Positions 38,786 through 46,870 of a stretch of 58,222 bases of DNA are shown piece by piece. Position 1 is the first letter of the stretch; the number at the start of each line of letters is the position of its first letter. Origin of the DNA: an uncultured bacterium (GTDB taxonomy: Bacteria; B130-G9); assembly GCA_965372715.1 (NCBI GenBank), contig CBDVDH010000018.1:1-58222 (forward strand), given 5' to 3'. Made by a program: the position numbers and the translations under genes. The notes under the pieces were generated by a model. That model made no database searches and was not told the DNA's origin. It worked only from the letters and a program-made list of their open reading frames with translations.

Positions 38786-39685
38786 TCACCCTCTCGGGTG
38801 GTATTTCTCGTGCAGGGCCCTGAGGTGTTCCTTGGCGACGTGGGTGTATATCTGCGTTGTTGAGAGGTCTGAATGGCCTAGCATCATCTTGATGGAGAGG
38901 AGGTCCGCGTCGTTCTCCAGAAGATGCGTCGCGAAAGAATGCCGAAGAATGTGGGGATAGATTGCTTTTGTGAGGCCGCATTCCGCCGCGTAGCGCTTGA
39001 TCATCTGCCAGACGAACTGTCTCGTCAGCCTTCTGCCCCTTGTCTGCGAGACGTAAAGGTGGGGCGACGTTCTGTCCTTCAGAAGGAGCGGTCGCCCTCG
39101 TCGCATGTACTCACGAGTCCACTTGAGCGCCTCGGTCCCGATCGGTATCAGCCTCTGCTTTGAGCCCTTTCCGGTGCAGCGGAGAAATCGCTCAGCCAGG
39201 TTGAGGCTCGTTGTCTCCAGCCCACAGAGCTCCGAGACGCGCATCCCCGTCGCATACATCATCTCGAGCATCGCCCTATCGCGGAGGCCGCGCGGCTCAG
39301 AAGTATCCGGGGCGTTCAGAAGCGTCTCGACCTCGTCCGAGGTGAGAAACGACGGCAGCCGCTGCCACTGTCTCGGCGATTCAACATTGGTGGTAGGGCA
39401 TTCTTGCAGGGTCCCCTTCAGGACGAGGTATTTGAAGAAATGCCTGAGGCAGGAGAGGGCATGACGGGAGGATGTGGGAGAAAGCCCTCTTTCCATGAGA
39501 TGCGCAAGGAACGCCTCTATGTGAGGCGCCTCGACCTCGTGAATTCGGACATCAACGTCGTCGAGATAGCATTTGAATGCGGCGAGGTCATTTCGATAGC
39601 TTGTCGCGGTGTTGATGGATAGGCCTCTTTCGGCGAGCAGATATGTGACAAATGAGCCTATTAGGGCTTCAGCGTCAGGCTTCAT
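38786..39685 (-). CDS. xerD: Site-specific tyrosine recombinase XerD
   Basis: ERGLS.NT..SY, RDRAMLEMMYATGMRVSEL, GKGSKQR, PHILRHSFATHLL, MLGHSDLSTTQIYTHV, terminal YHPRG. Confidence 0.92.
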   Translation of the reverse strand: MKPDAEALIGSFVTYLLAERGLSINTATSYRNDLAAFKCYLDDVDVRIHEVEAPHIEAFLAHLMERGLSPTSSRHALSCLRHFFKYLVLKGTLQECPTTNVESPRQWQRLPSFLTSDEVETLLNAPDTSEPRGLRDRAMLEMMYATGMRVSELCGLETTSLNLAERFLRCTGKGSKQRLIPIGTEALKWTREYMRRGRPLLLKDRTSPHLYVSQTRGRRLTRQFVWQMIKRYAAECGLTKAIYPHILRHSFATHLLENDADLLSIKMMLGHSDLSTTQIYTHVAKEHLRALHEKYHPRG

Positions 39686-39996
39686 TCGTTCTCGCGCTGG
39701 CCGCTGGAGAGACTGGACCTAACGATCTTGCCCCAGGCTGCCCCCAGCAGAGCGGCGGCGGCGAGGCAGGCGAGGATGTTCAGAAGGCTGGAAAGGCCGA
39801 TAGCCTCCGACAAGAAAGAGTAGAGGAAGTATAGGATGACGGCGAACGGGCCGAACAGCCCTATTGCGAAGCCCAGGGCTGCCCCGCGACCATTGCTCTG
39901 CCTGGTAACAAGCCTGCCCATAGCCGCGCCTGCAAACGGAAACGCCAGAGCAGGCAGGAGGTAATACGCCGACGGGAGGCTATCGCCCACAGACAA
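39682..39996 (-). CDS. Small hypothetical membrane protein (about 3 TM helices)
   Basis: Three hydrophobic stretches; its stop overlaps the xerD start (ATGA). Confidence 0.6.
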   Translation of the reverse strand: MSVGDSLPSAYYLLPALAFPFAGAAMGRLVTRQSNGRGAALGFAIGLFGPFAVILYFLYSFLSEAIGLSSLLNILACLAAAALLGAAWGKIVRSSLSSGQRENE

Positions 39997-40029
39997 ACCT
40001 TATTGGTGACATTGGTTGGAGCAGAACTC

Positions 40030-40178
40030 AGCCACGAATGAACACGAATACAGACGACTATCCGTTTTTGCCCTGTGTCTCTGTGTCTCTGTGGTTCAAT
40101 CCAGCTAGACGGGGCTCCTTTCGAGTTGCCCCCTCTTCTTCTCGCCTCATTCGTGTTTATTCGTGTGCATTCGTGGCT
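40030..40178. repeat. Miniature inverted-repeat element built of CACGAAT units, with internal CTGTGTCT tandem units
   Basis: AGCCACGAATGAACACGAATA at 40030-40050 vs TATTCGTGTGCATTCGTGGCT at 40158-40178 (one mismatch); CTGTGTCTCTGTGTCTCTGTGG inside. Confidence 0.7.
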
Positions 40179-40187
40179 GGCTCACAT

Positions 40188-41597
40188 TTAGTGGACGAGC
40201 TTCTTGTCTTTCAGCCAATCAAGAGGTCTGCTGCGCGTCACAGTGTGGCATTCCTCGCAGATTCTCAACGTTGGCTTCTTGAGGCGGATTCTGCTGTTGT
40301 CGAGATGCATGCTTGCCGGGCCGTGGCAGGCCTCGCATCGCACGTCAGCAAGATGTGGGGTCTCCTTCTGGTTGAGGTAGCCTCCTGAGTCCGTATAGCC
40401 CGTTGTGTGGCAGCGAAAGCAAGATGGGTCGTTGGTTTTTCCCATCTTGGCGAGCGTTGCCAAGGCATGGGCATGTCTGGTCTTACTCCATCTTTCGTAG
40501 ACTTCCTTGTGACACTTGGTGCAAGACTCTGAACCGACGTATCTGGGCCTGAATTCCGGAAGGCTCTTGCCGCCAGCCTTGTCGTTGGACGAAGAGAGCC
40601 TTTCCCTTCTTTTCTTGCGCGTGATTGCGTTTCCCTTTCTCTTGGCACCCTTGACCAACTTGTCGATATCCTTATCCTTTTTGAGCTTGTCGTTGATTGA
40701 TATGAGCTTGCCCGTGTGCGTCTTTACCTTGCTCGCCTTCACGTCGAACGTGAGGAGCAGTTCGCCCACTTTCTTGCCCCGGGACGCTGATTTGAGCAAT
40801 ACCGTGCCCGTGTCCCGCATGACCTCGGGCTTGTAGAGGCGCCGCATGTTGCCGGATATTACGAATAGATGAATCCCCTTGACCTGACTTGCGAGCTTGC
40901 GGGCCTCTTGCATCTCCATGTTCCCCATGCCGATTATCATGTCGCACTTTCTGCTGAGCTCCCCGACGATGCTCTCAGCGGTGGTGATTGGGTCCAGGAA
41001 CTCAACCTTCTCTTTGTCCTCAATGCTCATCGAGCGACCGGCGTCGGTTGACGCCACTCCGAATATGCCGACCTTGACGCCGCCGTGCTTGATGCCCAGC
41101 GTGCTCTTTTCACCAAAAGATTTGATGACATATCGTTCAAAGAGCGGCTCTTTGGTCGCCTTATCCACCATGTTGGCCGCAATGAACGGGAAAGAAGCTT
41201 CCTTGCTCTTCTTTTGCAGGTAGTCGAGGCCATACGTGAACTCCCTCCTGCCCAGGTTGAAGGCGTCGTAATGCAGCATGTCATACACCTTCAGGAGGAG
41301 CTCGGTGTAAACCTCGTCACGCTTGCTCTTCTTGCCGAAAGCATCCCCCGAATCCAGCACGAGGTAGTAGCTTCCTGCATTGGCTGTCTTCACGGAGTCT
41401 ATGAGGCCTGCTCGACCAGCAAGTCCACCTTCCTTGCTCTTTCACCCGCAGGGCGCAATCGCGCCCCAGGTATCGCTGGAATAAACCAGCGCGAGCTTGA
41501 ACTCATCAGGCTTCTTGTCCATTGTGGAGACGCCCAAGAGGATGCCCGCCGCCGCGATCAGTCCCAAGAACACCGGGATATACCAGTATTTGCGCAA
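40188..41597 (-). CDS. UshA-like selenoprotein (CGU motif, Sec at codon 52) fused to a C-terminal tetraheme cytochrome c domain, ~469 aa
   Basis: TTG start 41597 with AGAGGTG RBS; MRKYWYIPVFLGLIAAAGILLG signal/anchor; YSSDTWGAIAPCG-[UGA 41444-41442]-KSKEGGLAGRAG in frame with the downstream ORF; LDSGD and FNLGRREF metallophosphoesterase-like motifs; CTKCH, CFRCH, CEACH, CEECH; SECIS hairpin; selC in window. Confidence 0.9.
41405..41444 (-). promoter_or_regulatory. Bacterial SECIS element downstream of the in-frame UGA
   Basis: UGA, then 15 nt, then GG(A)CUUGCU-GGUCG-AGCAGG-CC hairpin; the apical loop starts with GG 24 nt after the UGA. Confidence 0.75.
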
Positions 41598-41649
41598 CCT
41601 TTACACCTCTTGTATGAAAGCAGATGCCCATTCAAGGCAGCCTACCACA

Positions 41650-41678
41650 AATGTAACTACCACCCTCAAGACTGTCAA
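41650..41678 (-). promoter_or_regulatory. sigma70-type promoter of the selenoprotein gene
   Basis: On - strand TTGACA-17 nt-TACATT, ~50 nt upstream of the TTG start. Confidence 0.6.
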
Positions 41679-41735
41679 CATTTTGAGAACGGGGTTGTTC
41701 CGTTGGTAGCCCTGGCTAGTCCGTATGGGGCATTT

Positions 41736-41811
41736 GTAGGGGCGGCTCACGAGCCGCCCTGGATGTTGGTTCGGTCAAATAAGACAAGGGCGGCTCGTGA
41801 GCCGCCCCTAC
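41736..41811. repeat. REPIN (inverted REP doublet)
   Basis: GTAGGGGCGGCTCACGAGCCGCCCT, 26-nt spacer, then its exact inverse AGGGCGGCTCGTGAGCCGCCCCTAC. Confidence 0.9.
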
Positions 41812-41838
41812 AAGGCTTGTCACGGATACCGAGAATGT

Positions 41839-42585
41839 TCACGCCTTATGCACGGCGTCCAGGTAGAGCCGCTCTAGGGACGTTATCCTCTCCGCGGAGG
41901 GTTTCTCGGACCCTTCTGACAGCGAACTCTCACCCACAACGCGGCCGGCATTGATTATCACTACCCGATCGCAGGTCTGGGCTACGTCGGCAAGGATGTG
42001 CGACGACACGATCAACGTCTTTGTGGCCCCAAGCGTCGAGACTAGCTCGCGAGTCTGAACGATCTGGTCCGGGTCGAGGCCGGCGGTCGGCTCGTCAAGT
42101 ATCAGCACCGACGGGTTGTGCACCAGCGCCTGGGCCAGGTTCAGCCGCTGCCCGTATCCTTTGGATAGCTTCCTTGCGAGCACGTGCCGAACGTCGCCCA
42201 GGCCCGCCGCGGTGATCGTCGTTCCCACACTCTTCTCAATCCCTCGGGCTGGGACGTCGCGGAGGCGCGCCCAGAACTTCAGATACCCAGTTACGGTCAG
42301 CTCCCGATACAGCGGCGGCCTTTCTGGCATGTAACCGATCTTCCGAATCGCGTTCTTACGCGCAGCGGCCATGTCAACGCCATCGATTGTAACCCGCCCA
42401 GAATCTTGGGCCAAGACCCCGGCGATTATCCGGATAATCGTCGTCTTGCCCGCGGCGTTGGGGCCAAGAAGGCCAACGGTTTCTGACCTCCTGACATCAA
42501 ACGTAACGTCCGACAGCACCTTTCGGTCGCCATACCACTTCGTAACGCCAGTTACCTCAACTGCCATTGACGAGTCATCTTTCAT
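41839..42585 (-). CDS. ABC transporter ATP-binding protein (GldA-like/ABC-2 type)
   Basis: Walker A GPNAAGKTT, signature LSKGYGQR, LILDEPTAGLDP, SSHIL; ATG 42585 overlaps the cas6 stop (ATGA). Confidence 0.9.
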   Translation of the reverse strand: MKDDSSMAVEVTGVTKWYGDRKVLSDVTFDVRRSETVGLLGPNAAGKTTIIRIIAGVLAQDSGRVTIDGVDMAAARKNAIRKIGYMPERPPLYRELTVTGYLKFWARLRDVPARGIEKSVGTTITAAGLGDVRHVLARKLSKGYGQRLNLAQALVHNPSVLILDEPTAGLDPDQIVQTRELVSTLGATKTLIVSSHILADVAQTCDRVVIINAGRVVGESSLSEGSEKPSAERITSLERLYLDAVHKA

Positions 42586-43346
42586 TTTGCCAACGCCTCG
42601 ACCATTCCGAATCCGATTGAGTTTTTCTCGCCAAATCCGCACTCGTATCCGACTCGGATCAGCTCCTCGCTTCCGTCAGCCGTGAACGGGCTGAACACGC
42701 CCCGAACCTTGATGCCTTTGAAATCAACGAGCTTGGTGATAGTCCTTTTCTGCGCGGTGTAGTTGGCATCGAAGTCCAACACAAAGCGGTCATCCGTCGC
42801 GCACCTGCCGAAGATCACTTGATACTTCCTTGTGAGATTCGTCCGGACCGCCTTGACGAAGTCCTCGCCCGGCTCGAGGTATCTTGTCGGGTTCCGCTCC
42901 GAGTTACAGTCCCAGATTGACGCCGTAATTGGGCATAGGCACACGAATCGCGCCGGGGCTTTGAGAGCGGGATCCGGCACGTGTTCAATCTTGTGAGCTG
43001 CGGCGCGCACGCCAGCGATTGTCAATTGAGGGTCTTTTTCGAGCCCTGCGAGGAGGTGGCCGATGAACTCCCCTCTTGCCGAACTCAGACACCAGCTGAA
43101 GCTCCTGGAATCCAGATACAGCCAATCCCCATCGACGCGCCTTTTCTTGACTTGGAGCTGTGAGAAACAGAACAGCTTGTACACGCGCTTTTCGAGGCGA
43201 TAGCCCTCGTTGTGCAGGAAATCCGCATAAGCCTGTGATGACAGCGACAGCCAGTGATAGATGGCTGAAACAAGCCAGGTGTTATAGTTGATTGGGACCC
43301 TCAAACCGGGACTGCCATTGAGGGTGAAAACGAGCCTAACTCTCAC
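42582..43346 (-). CDS. cas6: CRISPR-associated endoribonuclease Cas6 (orphan in this window)
   Basis: MRVRLVF...PINY...IY...FLHNEGY...YKLFCFSQL, NL.RKY, and C-terminal Gly-rich loop GYECGFGEKNSIGFGMV. Confidence 0.9.
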   Translation of the reverse strand: MRVRLVFTLNGSPGLRVPINYNTWLVSAIYHWLSLSSQAYADFLHNEGYRLEKRVYKLFCFSQLQVKKRRVDGDWLYLDSRSFSWCLSSARGEFIGHLLAGLEKDPQLTIAGVRAAAHKIEHVPDPALKAPARFVCLCPITASIWDCNSERNPTRYLEPGEDFVKAVRTNLTRKYQVIFGRCATDDRFVLDFDANYTAQKRTITKLVDFKGIKVRGVFSPFTADGSEELIRVGYECGFGEKNSIGFGMVEALAK

Positions 43347-43349
43347 GAC

Positions 43350-44495
43350 CTATTCCTCGGGCTGCTCGCTGTCTTTTCTCTCGTCCCTTATCTCGGCCTC
43401 TTTCCTGCCTTTCTTGACAAGACGCTTCACGAACCAGCTCTTCTTGGCGCCTCGTAAGAGGTCGGTAAGGTCATCGTAGATCGATGGGTCGTTTATCAAC
43501 TTGCCGAGCGTGCCCTGGCCCTCGTCGATCTTCCGAGCCACGCTATTCAGCTTGACAGCGGCTTCGTTGAGGCTGTTCATTGTGGAGGCGATGTCGTCGA
43601 GCATCTCGCCACTGCCCTCCTTGCTCAGCAATTTGGGCAGAACGCCCTCACCGGATTGCAGGCTAGCCAGAAGCGATTTGAGGAGGCGAGCGGATTCGCC
43701 AATGTCAACAGCCAGCCGCTCGTAAAGAGCGTCGTCCTTCACGAGCCTTCCGAGGGTTCCCCTGCCCTCCTGAATCCCCGCCATGATGCCGTCCAGCGAT
43801 GAGATGACGCCAGCCAGATTGTCTCTTGTCTGCTTGTCGTAGAGCAGCATCCCCAGCGCTCCCCGTCCCGCCCGGACCTCCTCAAGGACCAGGTCAAGCG
43901 ACTTGGTTGCGCCCATGAAGTTGTCAATGGCCCCTTTGAAATCGATTTCTTGGTTCACGAATGCCCCTGCGAGGCCCTTGCCCTCGTCGATCTTGTTGAG
44001 TATTCGCACAAGTGATCCGGATGCCTCGTCGAGCCGCGCGAGAACGCTCTGGCCACGTTTCAGCAGCGCGTTGTAGTCTATCGGGTCGATGGAATCCAAG
44101 ATGCTTCCGTCTTCAACGACGGGCTTGTCGAAACTGCCCATCGTTATCTCGATGTATTTGTCACCAAGCACGCCCATCGTCTCAATGCGAGCCCTGGAAT
44201 CTGTGCGGATCTTGTCCTGGACGCTCGCCTCGATCGAGACGGTTACTCTTACGCGTTTACCCATCGGGTCAAGCAGCAGCTCGATGTCCTCGACGGTTCC
44301 GACATCAACACCCTCAAGCATGACCGGGGCGCCGGCCACGAGCCCGCTCACGCTGCCGAAATATGCCCACAGACGGTATTTGGGCTGTAGGAGGCGACTG
44401 CGGCCGCCTATCGAGAAGACCAAACCAGCGAAAAGGGCAACAGCGACAATGACGAAGAGGCCGACTCTTATTTCACGTGCGCCAACTGATTTCAT
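43350..44495 (-). CDS. MCE/MlaD-family protein with long helical extension
   Basis: EIRVGLFV TM helix, GLVAGAPVMLEGVDVGTV, IETMGVLGDKYIEI, repeated G.GTLGKLI.D helices. Confidence 0.88.
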   Translation of the reverse strand: MKSVGAREIRVGLFVIVAVALFAGLVFSIGGRSRLLQPKYRLWAYFGSVSGLVAGAPVMLEGVDVGTVEDIELLLDPMGKRVRVTVSIEASVQDKIRTDSRARIETMGVLGDKYIEITMGSFDKPVVEDGSILDSIDPIDYNALLKRGQSVLARLDEASGSLVRILNKIDEGKGLAGAFVNQEIDFKGAIDNFMGATKSLDLVLEEVRAGRGALGMLLYDKQTRDNLAGVISSLDGIMAGIQEGRGTLGRLVKDDALYERLAVDIGESARLLKSLLASLQSGEGVLPKLLSKEGSGEMLDDIASTMNSLNEAAVKLNSVARKIDEGQGTLGKLINDPSIYDDLTDLLRGAKKSWFVKRLVKKGRKEAEIRDERKDSEQPEE

Positions 44496-44615
44496 CTGAA
44501 AACTGACCCATAGTCGATAACTTAACTACCAGCAAACGATACGCCACCAGCAATATCGTAGTTGATCGTCGGCAGATCTTCAAAGCGAACATTTGAGGAG
44601 TTTCCGTTGAAGCGG

Positions 44616-44722
44616 AAATGGGGGAATCCGTCTTTTCAGCCGACGTAGCCATAGGTTACTATGGCGAAGTCTGCCGTTCACCGGAACGTGAACTTCGGCG
44701 GACGAGAAGGCGGAATCCATTT
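44616..44722 (+). other. Multi-stem palindromic element in the divergent intergenic region
   Basis: TCCGTCTTTTC/GAGAAGGCGGA closing helix, GCCATAG-GTTA-CTATGGC hairpin, GTCTGCCG/CGGCGGAC helix capped by GTTCAC-CGGAAC-GTGAAC. Confidence 0.5.
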
Positions 44723-44972
44723 GGGGGCGTGGCCCATGTCGATGGCAGGCAACAAGACGTCGAGAAACAAACCCAAGCCGCGTAACTTGCATTCACACTT
44801 AATGGTAGAAGCTCCCTCTGCCAAGCCTGCAACTCAACCTCATCCTGATTGTTCCGGTGCAGGTCTCTTCCTCAGACAATCCAACGGACAGAACGCCACC
44901 GATGGCAGAACGCATCGCACCCTCACAGAATCGGGCTGAGAGTGCTAAAGCGATTTGGCGCAAAGAAATGAC

Positions 44973-45001
44973 TTGACATTTGTGCGGCAAAGCCATATTG
45001 T
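44973..45001 (+). promoter_or_regulatory. sigma70-type promoter of the Rrf2-hcp cluster
   Basis: TTGACA-17 nt-TATTGT. Confidence 0.6.
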
Positions 45002-45030
45002 TATACTTGAATACTTAAATGGGAGTCAAA

Positions 45031-45459
45031 ATGGCTAAACTCTTCAAAACGTCCCACGCCGCAGCGCTCGCGCTGCACGCATTGGCCTATCTGGCCCAGA
45101 CAAAGGGCAGGCTGGTCAGAACCTGCGAGATTGCCGAGCACTACAACGTATCTGAGGCGCATCTTGCGAAGGTTCTCAACCGGCTAAGCAAGCAAGATCT
45201 TGTGAACACGACGCGCGGTCCGAGGGGCGGGCTTTCGCTGCGCAAGCCAGCCGAGGAGATCACTCTGAAAGAGCTCTATGAGGCGATTGAGGGGCCGTTC
45301 GAGCTTTCAAGGTGCATGTTTGGCCTCCCCATCTGCGACGGCAGTAGATGCGTGCTTGGCGCCTTCTTCGAGAAAATCGCAAACGTGGTTGAGGAAATGA
45401 TGGCGGACACGAAGCTCTCGGAGATCTGCCTGAGCATGAAAGGGAAGCGCAATGAGTAA
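45031..45459 (+). CDS. Rrf2-family transcriptional regulator with three Cys (probable Fe-S ligands)
   Basis: SEAHLAKVL..L, RGPRGG..L..PAEEITL..LYEAIEG, C-x6-C-x4-C; GGGAG RBS favours ATG 45031 over 45019. Confidence 0.9.
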   Translation: MAKLFKTSHAAALALHALAYLAQTKGRLVRTCEIAEHYNVSEAHLAKVLNRLSKQDLVNTTRGPRGGLSLRKPAEEITLKELYEAIEGPFELSRCMFGLPICDGSRCVLGAFFEKIANVVEEMMADTKLSEICLSMKGKRNE

Positions 45460-46345
45460 GAGAGAGATCATCAGGATAGACGAAGAGAAATGCACGGGCT
45501 GCGGTGACTGCATCCCCAACTGCCCTGAGGGGGCGCTTCAGATCATCGATGGCAAGGCGCGGCTTGTTAGCGACCTCTTCTGCGACGGTCTCGGCGCCTG
45601 CATCGGTCATTGCCCGGAGGGCGCGATCACGGTCGAGGAGCGCGAGGCGGCGCCTTACGACGAGCGAGCCGTAATGAAAAACATCGTGAAGCATGGCAGG
45701 AACACGATCGCGGCGCACCTGAAGCACCTCAAGGAACACGGCGCCGATGACTACTATGACGAGGCGATTGCATTCTTGAAAGAGAGGGGCATCGCTGTCC
45801 CGCTCGATGAGGCCCCGACGGGTCCGCTGCCTTGCGGCTGTCCAGGTTCGGCTGTCAAGGATTTCTCAGCCGATGTGGCCTCCTCGGAGCATGAGCCTAT
45901 GCAGTCGGTTAAGCGTCGCTCGCGGCTCGGTCATTGGCCTGTTCAGATCAAGCTCGTCCCGGTCAACGCACCGTATCTGAACGGCGCCGACATCCTCATA
46001 GCCGCTGACTGCGTCCCGTTCGCCTATCCCGACTTCCACGAGGATTTCTTGAAAGGGAGGGTTCTGCTGGTGGGATGTCCCAAGCTCGATGACGCCGAGT
46101 ATTATCGCGAGAAGCTGGCAGAGATATTCTCCAAGAACCACATCCGCTCGATAACCTGTGTCCACATGGAGGTTCCGTGCTGCTTTGGCTTTAGGCGGAT
46201 CATCTCCTCGGCGCTTGACCGTGCCGGGAAGGCAATGCCGATTCGCGACGTAACCATAGGCGTCCGGGGCGAGGTTCTCGACGATATCGTTGTTGCCTCA
46301 GCCCCGCGCGATGGGGGCAGCGCCCCCGCAAGCACTGCTGAATGA
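45452..46345 (+). CDS. 4Fe-4S ferredoxin-domain protein (hcp-associated type)
   Basis: CTGCGDCIPNCP, CDGLGACIGHCP, CGCPGS, WPVQI.LV, AADC, GCPKLD, MEVPCC. Confidence 0.88.
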   Translation: MSKREIIRIDEEKCTGCGDCIPNCPEGALQIIDGKARLVSDLFCDGLGACIGHCPEGAITVEEREAAPYDERAVMKNIVKHGRNTIAAHLKHLKEHGADDYYDEAIAFLKERGIAVPLDEAPTGPLPCGCPGSAVKDFSADVASSEHEPMQSVKRRSRLGHWPVQIKLVPVNAPYLNGADILIAADCVPFAYPDFHEDFLKGRVLLVGCPKLDDAEYYREKLAEIFSKNHIRSITCVHMEVPCCFGFRRIISSALDRAGKAMPIRDVTIGVRGEVLDDIVVASAPRDGGSAPASTAE

Positions 46346-46447
46346 CTTTGTACGACGACGTGATAACCCGAAGCGTGCCAGTTTCCAGATTGCCGCTCGA
46401 AATCGTATAACCTGAGCAAAGAACCATAATAGACAAAGGAGACAACA

Positions 46448-46792
46448 GTGATTAGAACTGCGAGGCTTCAAGATGCTCCAAAGACGGACAACCCCCACGG
46501 CATAGACGCTCGCAAGCTGCACGACAGCGAGCACGCGCAGGTGATGCACATCGAGCTCGCGCCCGGCGAAGGACTGATAAGGCACTCGACACCCGTCGAT
46601 GTCGTTTTCTTCGTCCTTCAGGGAAGCGCGGTCATCGAGATCGGTGAGGAACGTGTCGTTGTACCTGCGGACACGCTCGTCGAGAGCCCCGCGAGAGTTC
46701 CGCATCGGGTGATGAATGATGGCCAGACACCCATGCGGTTCCTAGTGATCAAAACCCTAAGACCGACAGAGCCGACTCGTCTGCTGGATTGA
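46448..46792 (+). CDS. Cupin domain protein
   Basis: L.PGE...HSTPVDV.F.VL.G...IG.E...SP..VPH; AAGGAG RBS. Confidence 0.85.
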   Translation: MIRTARLQDAPKTDNPHGIDARKLHDSEHAQVMHIELAPGEGLIRHSTPVDVVFFVLQGSAVIEIGEERVVVPADTLVESPARVPHRVMNDGQTPMRFLVIKTLRPTEPTRLLD

Positions 46793-46870
46793 TGCGATGA
46801 AACGCACAACAATGAACGCAAGAAAGCGTATAACCCAATATAACAACATCGTAAAACGGAGGTATAAGAG

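Noticed and set aside
164-39685. Genomic island integrated at selC with the tyrosine recombinase as integrase
   Set aside because: The recombinase has XerD hallmarks, the interval contains pheST, and no duplicated tRNA 3' end was found.
42582-45000. CRISPR array near cas6
   Set aside because: No direct repeats of ~25-40 nt with unique spacers seen here or elsewhere in the window; the regular repeats are REP palindromes.
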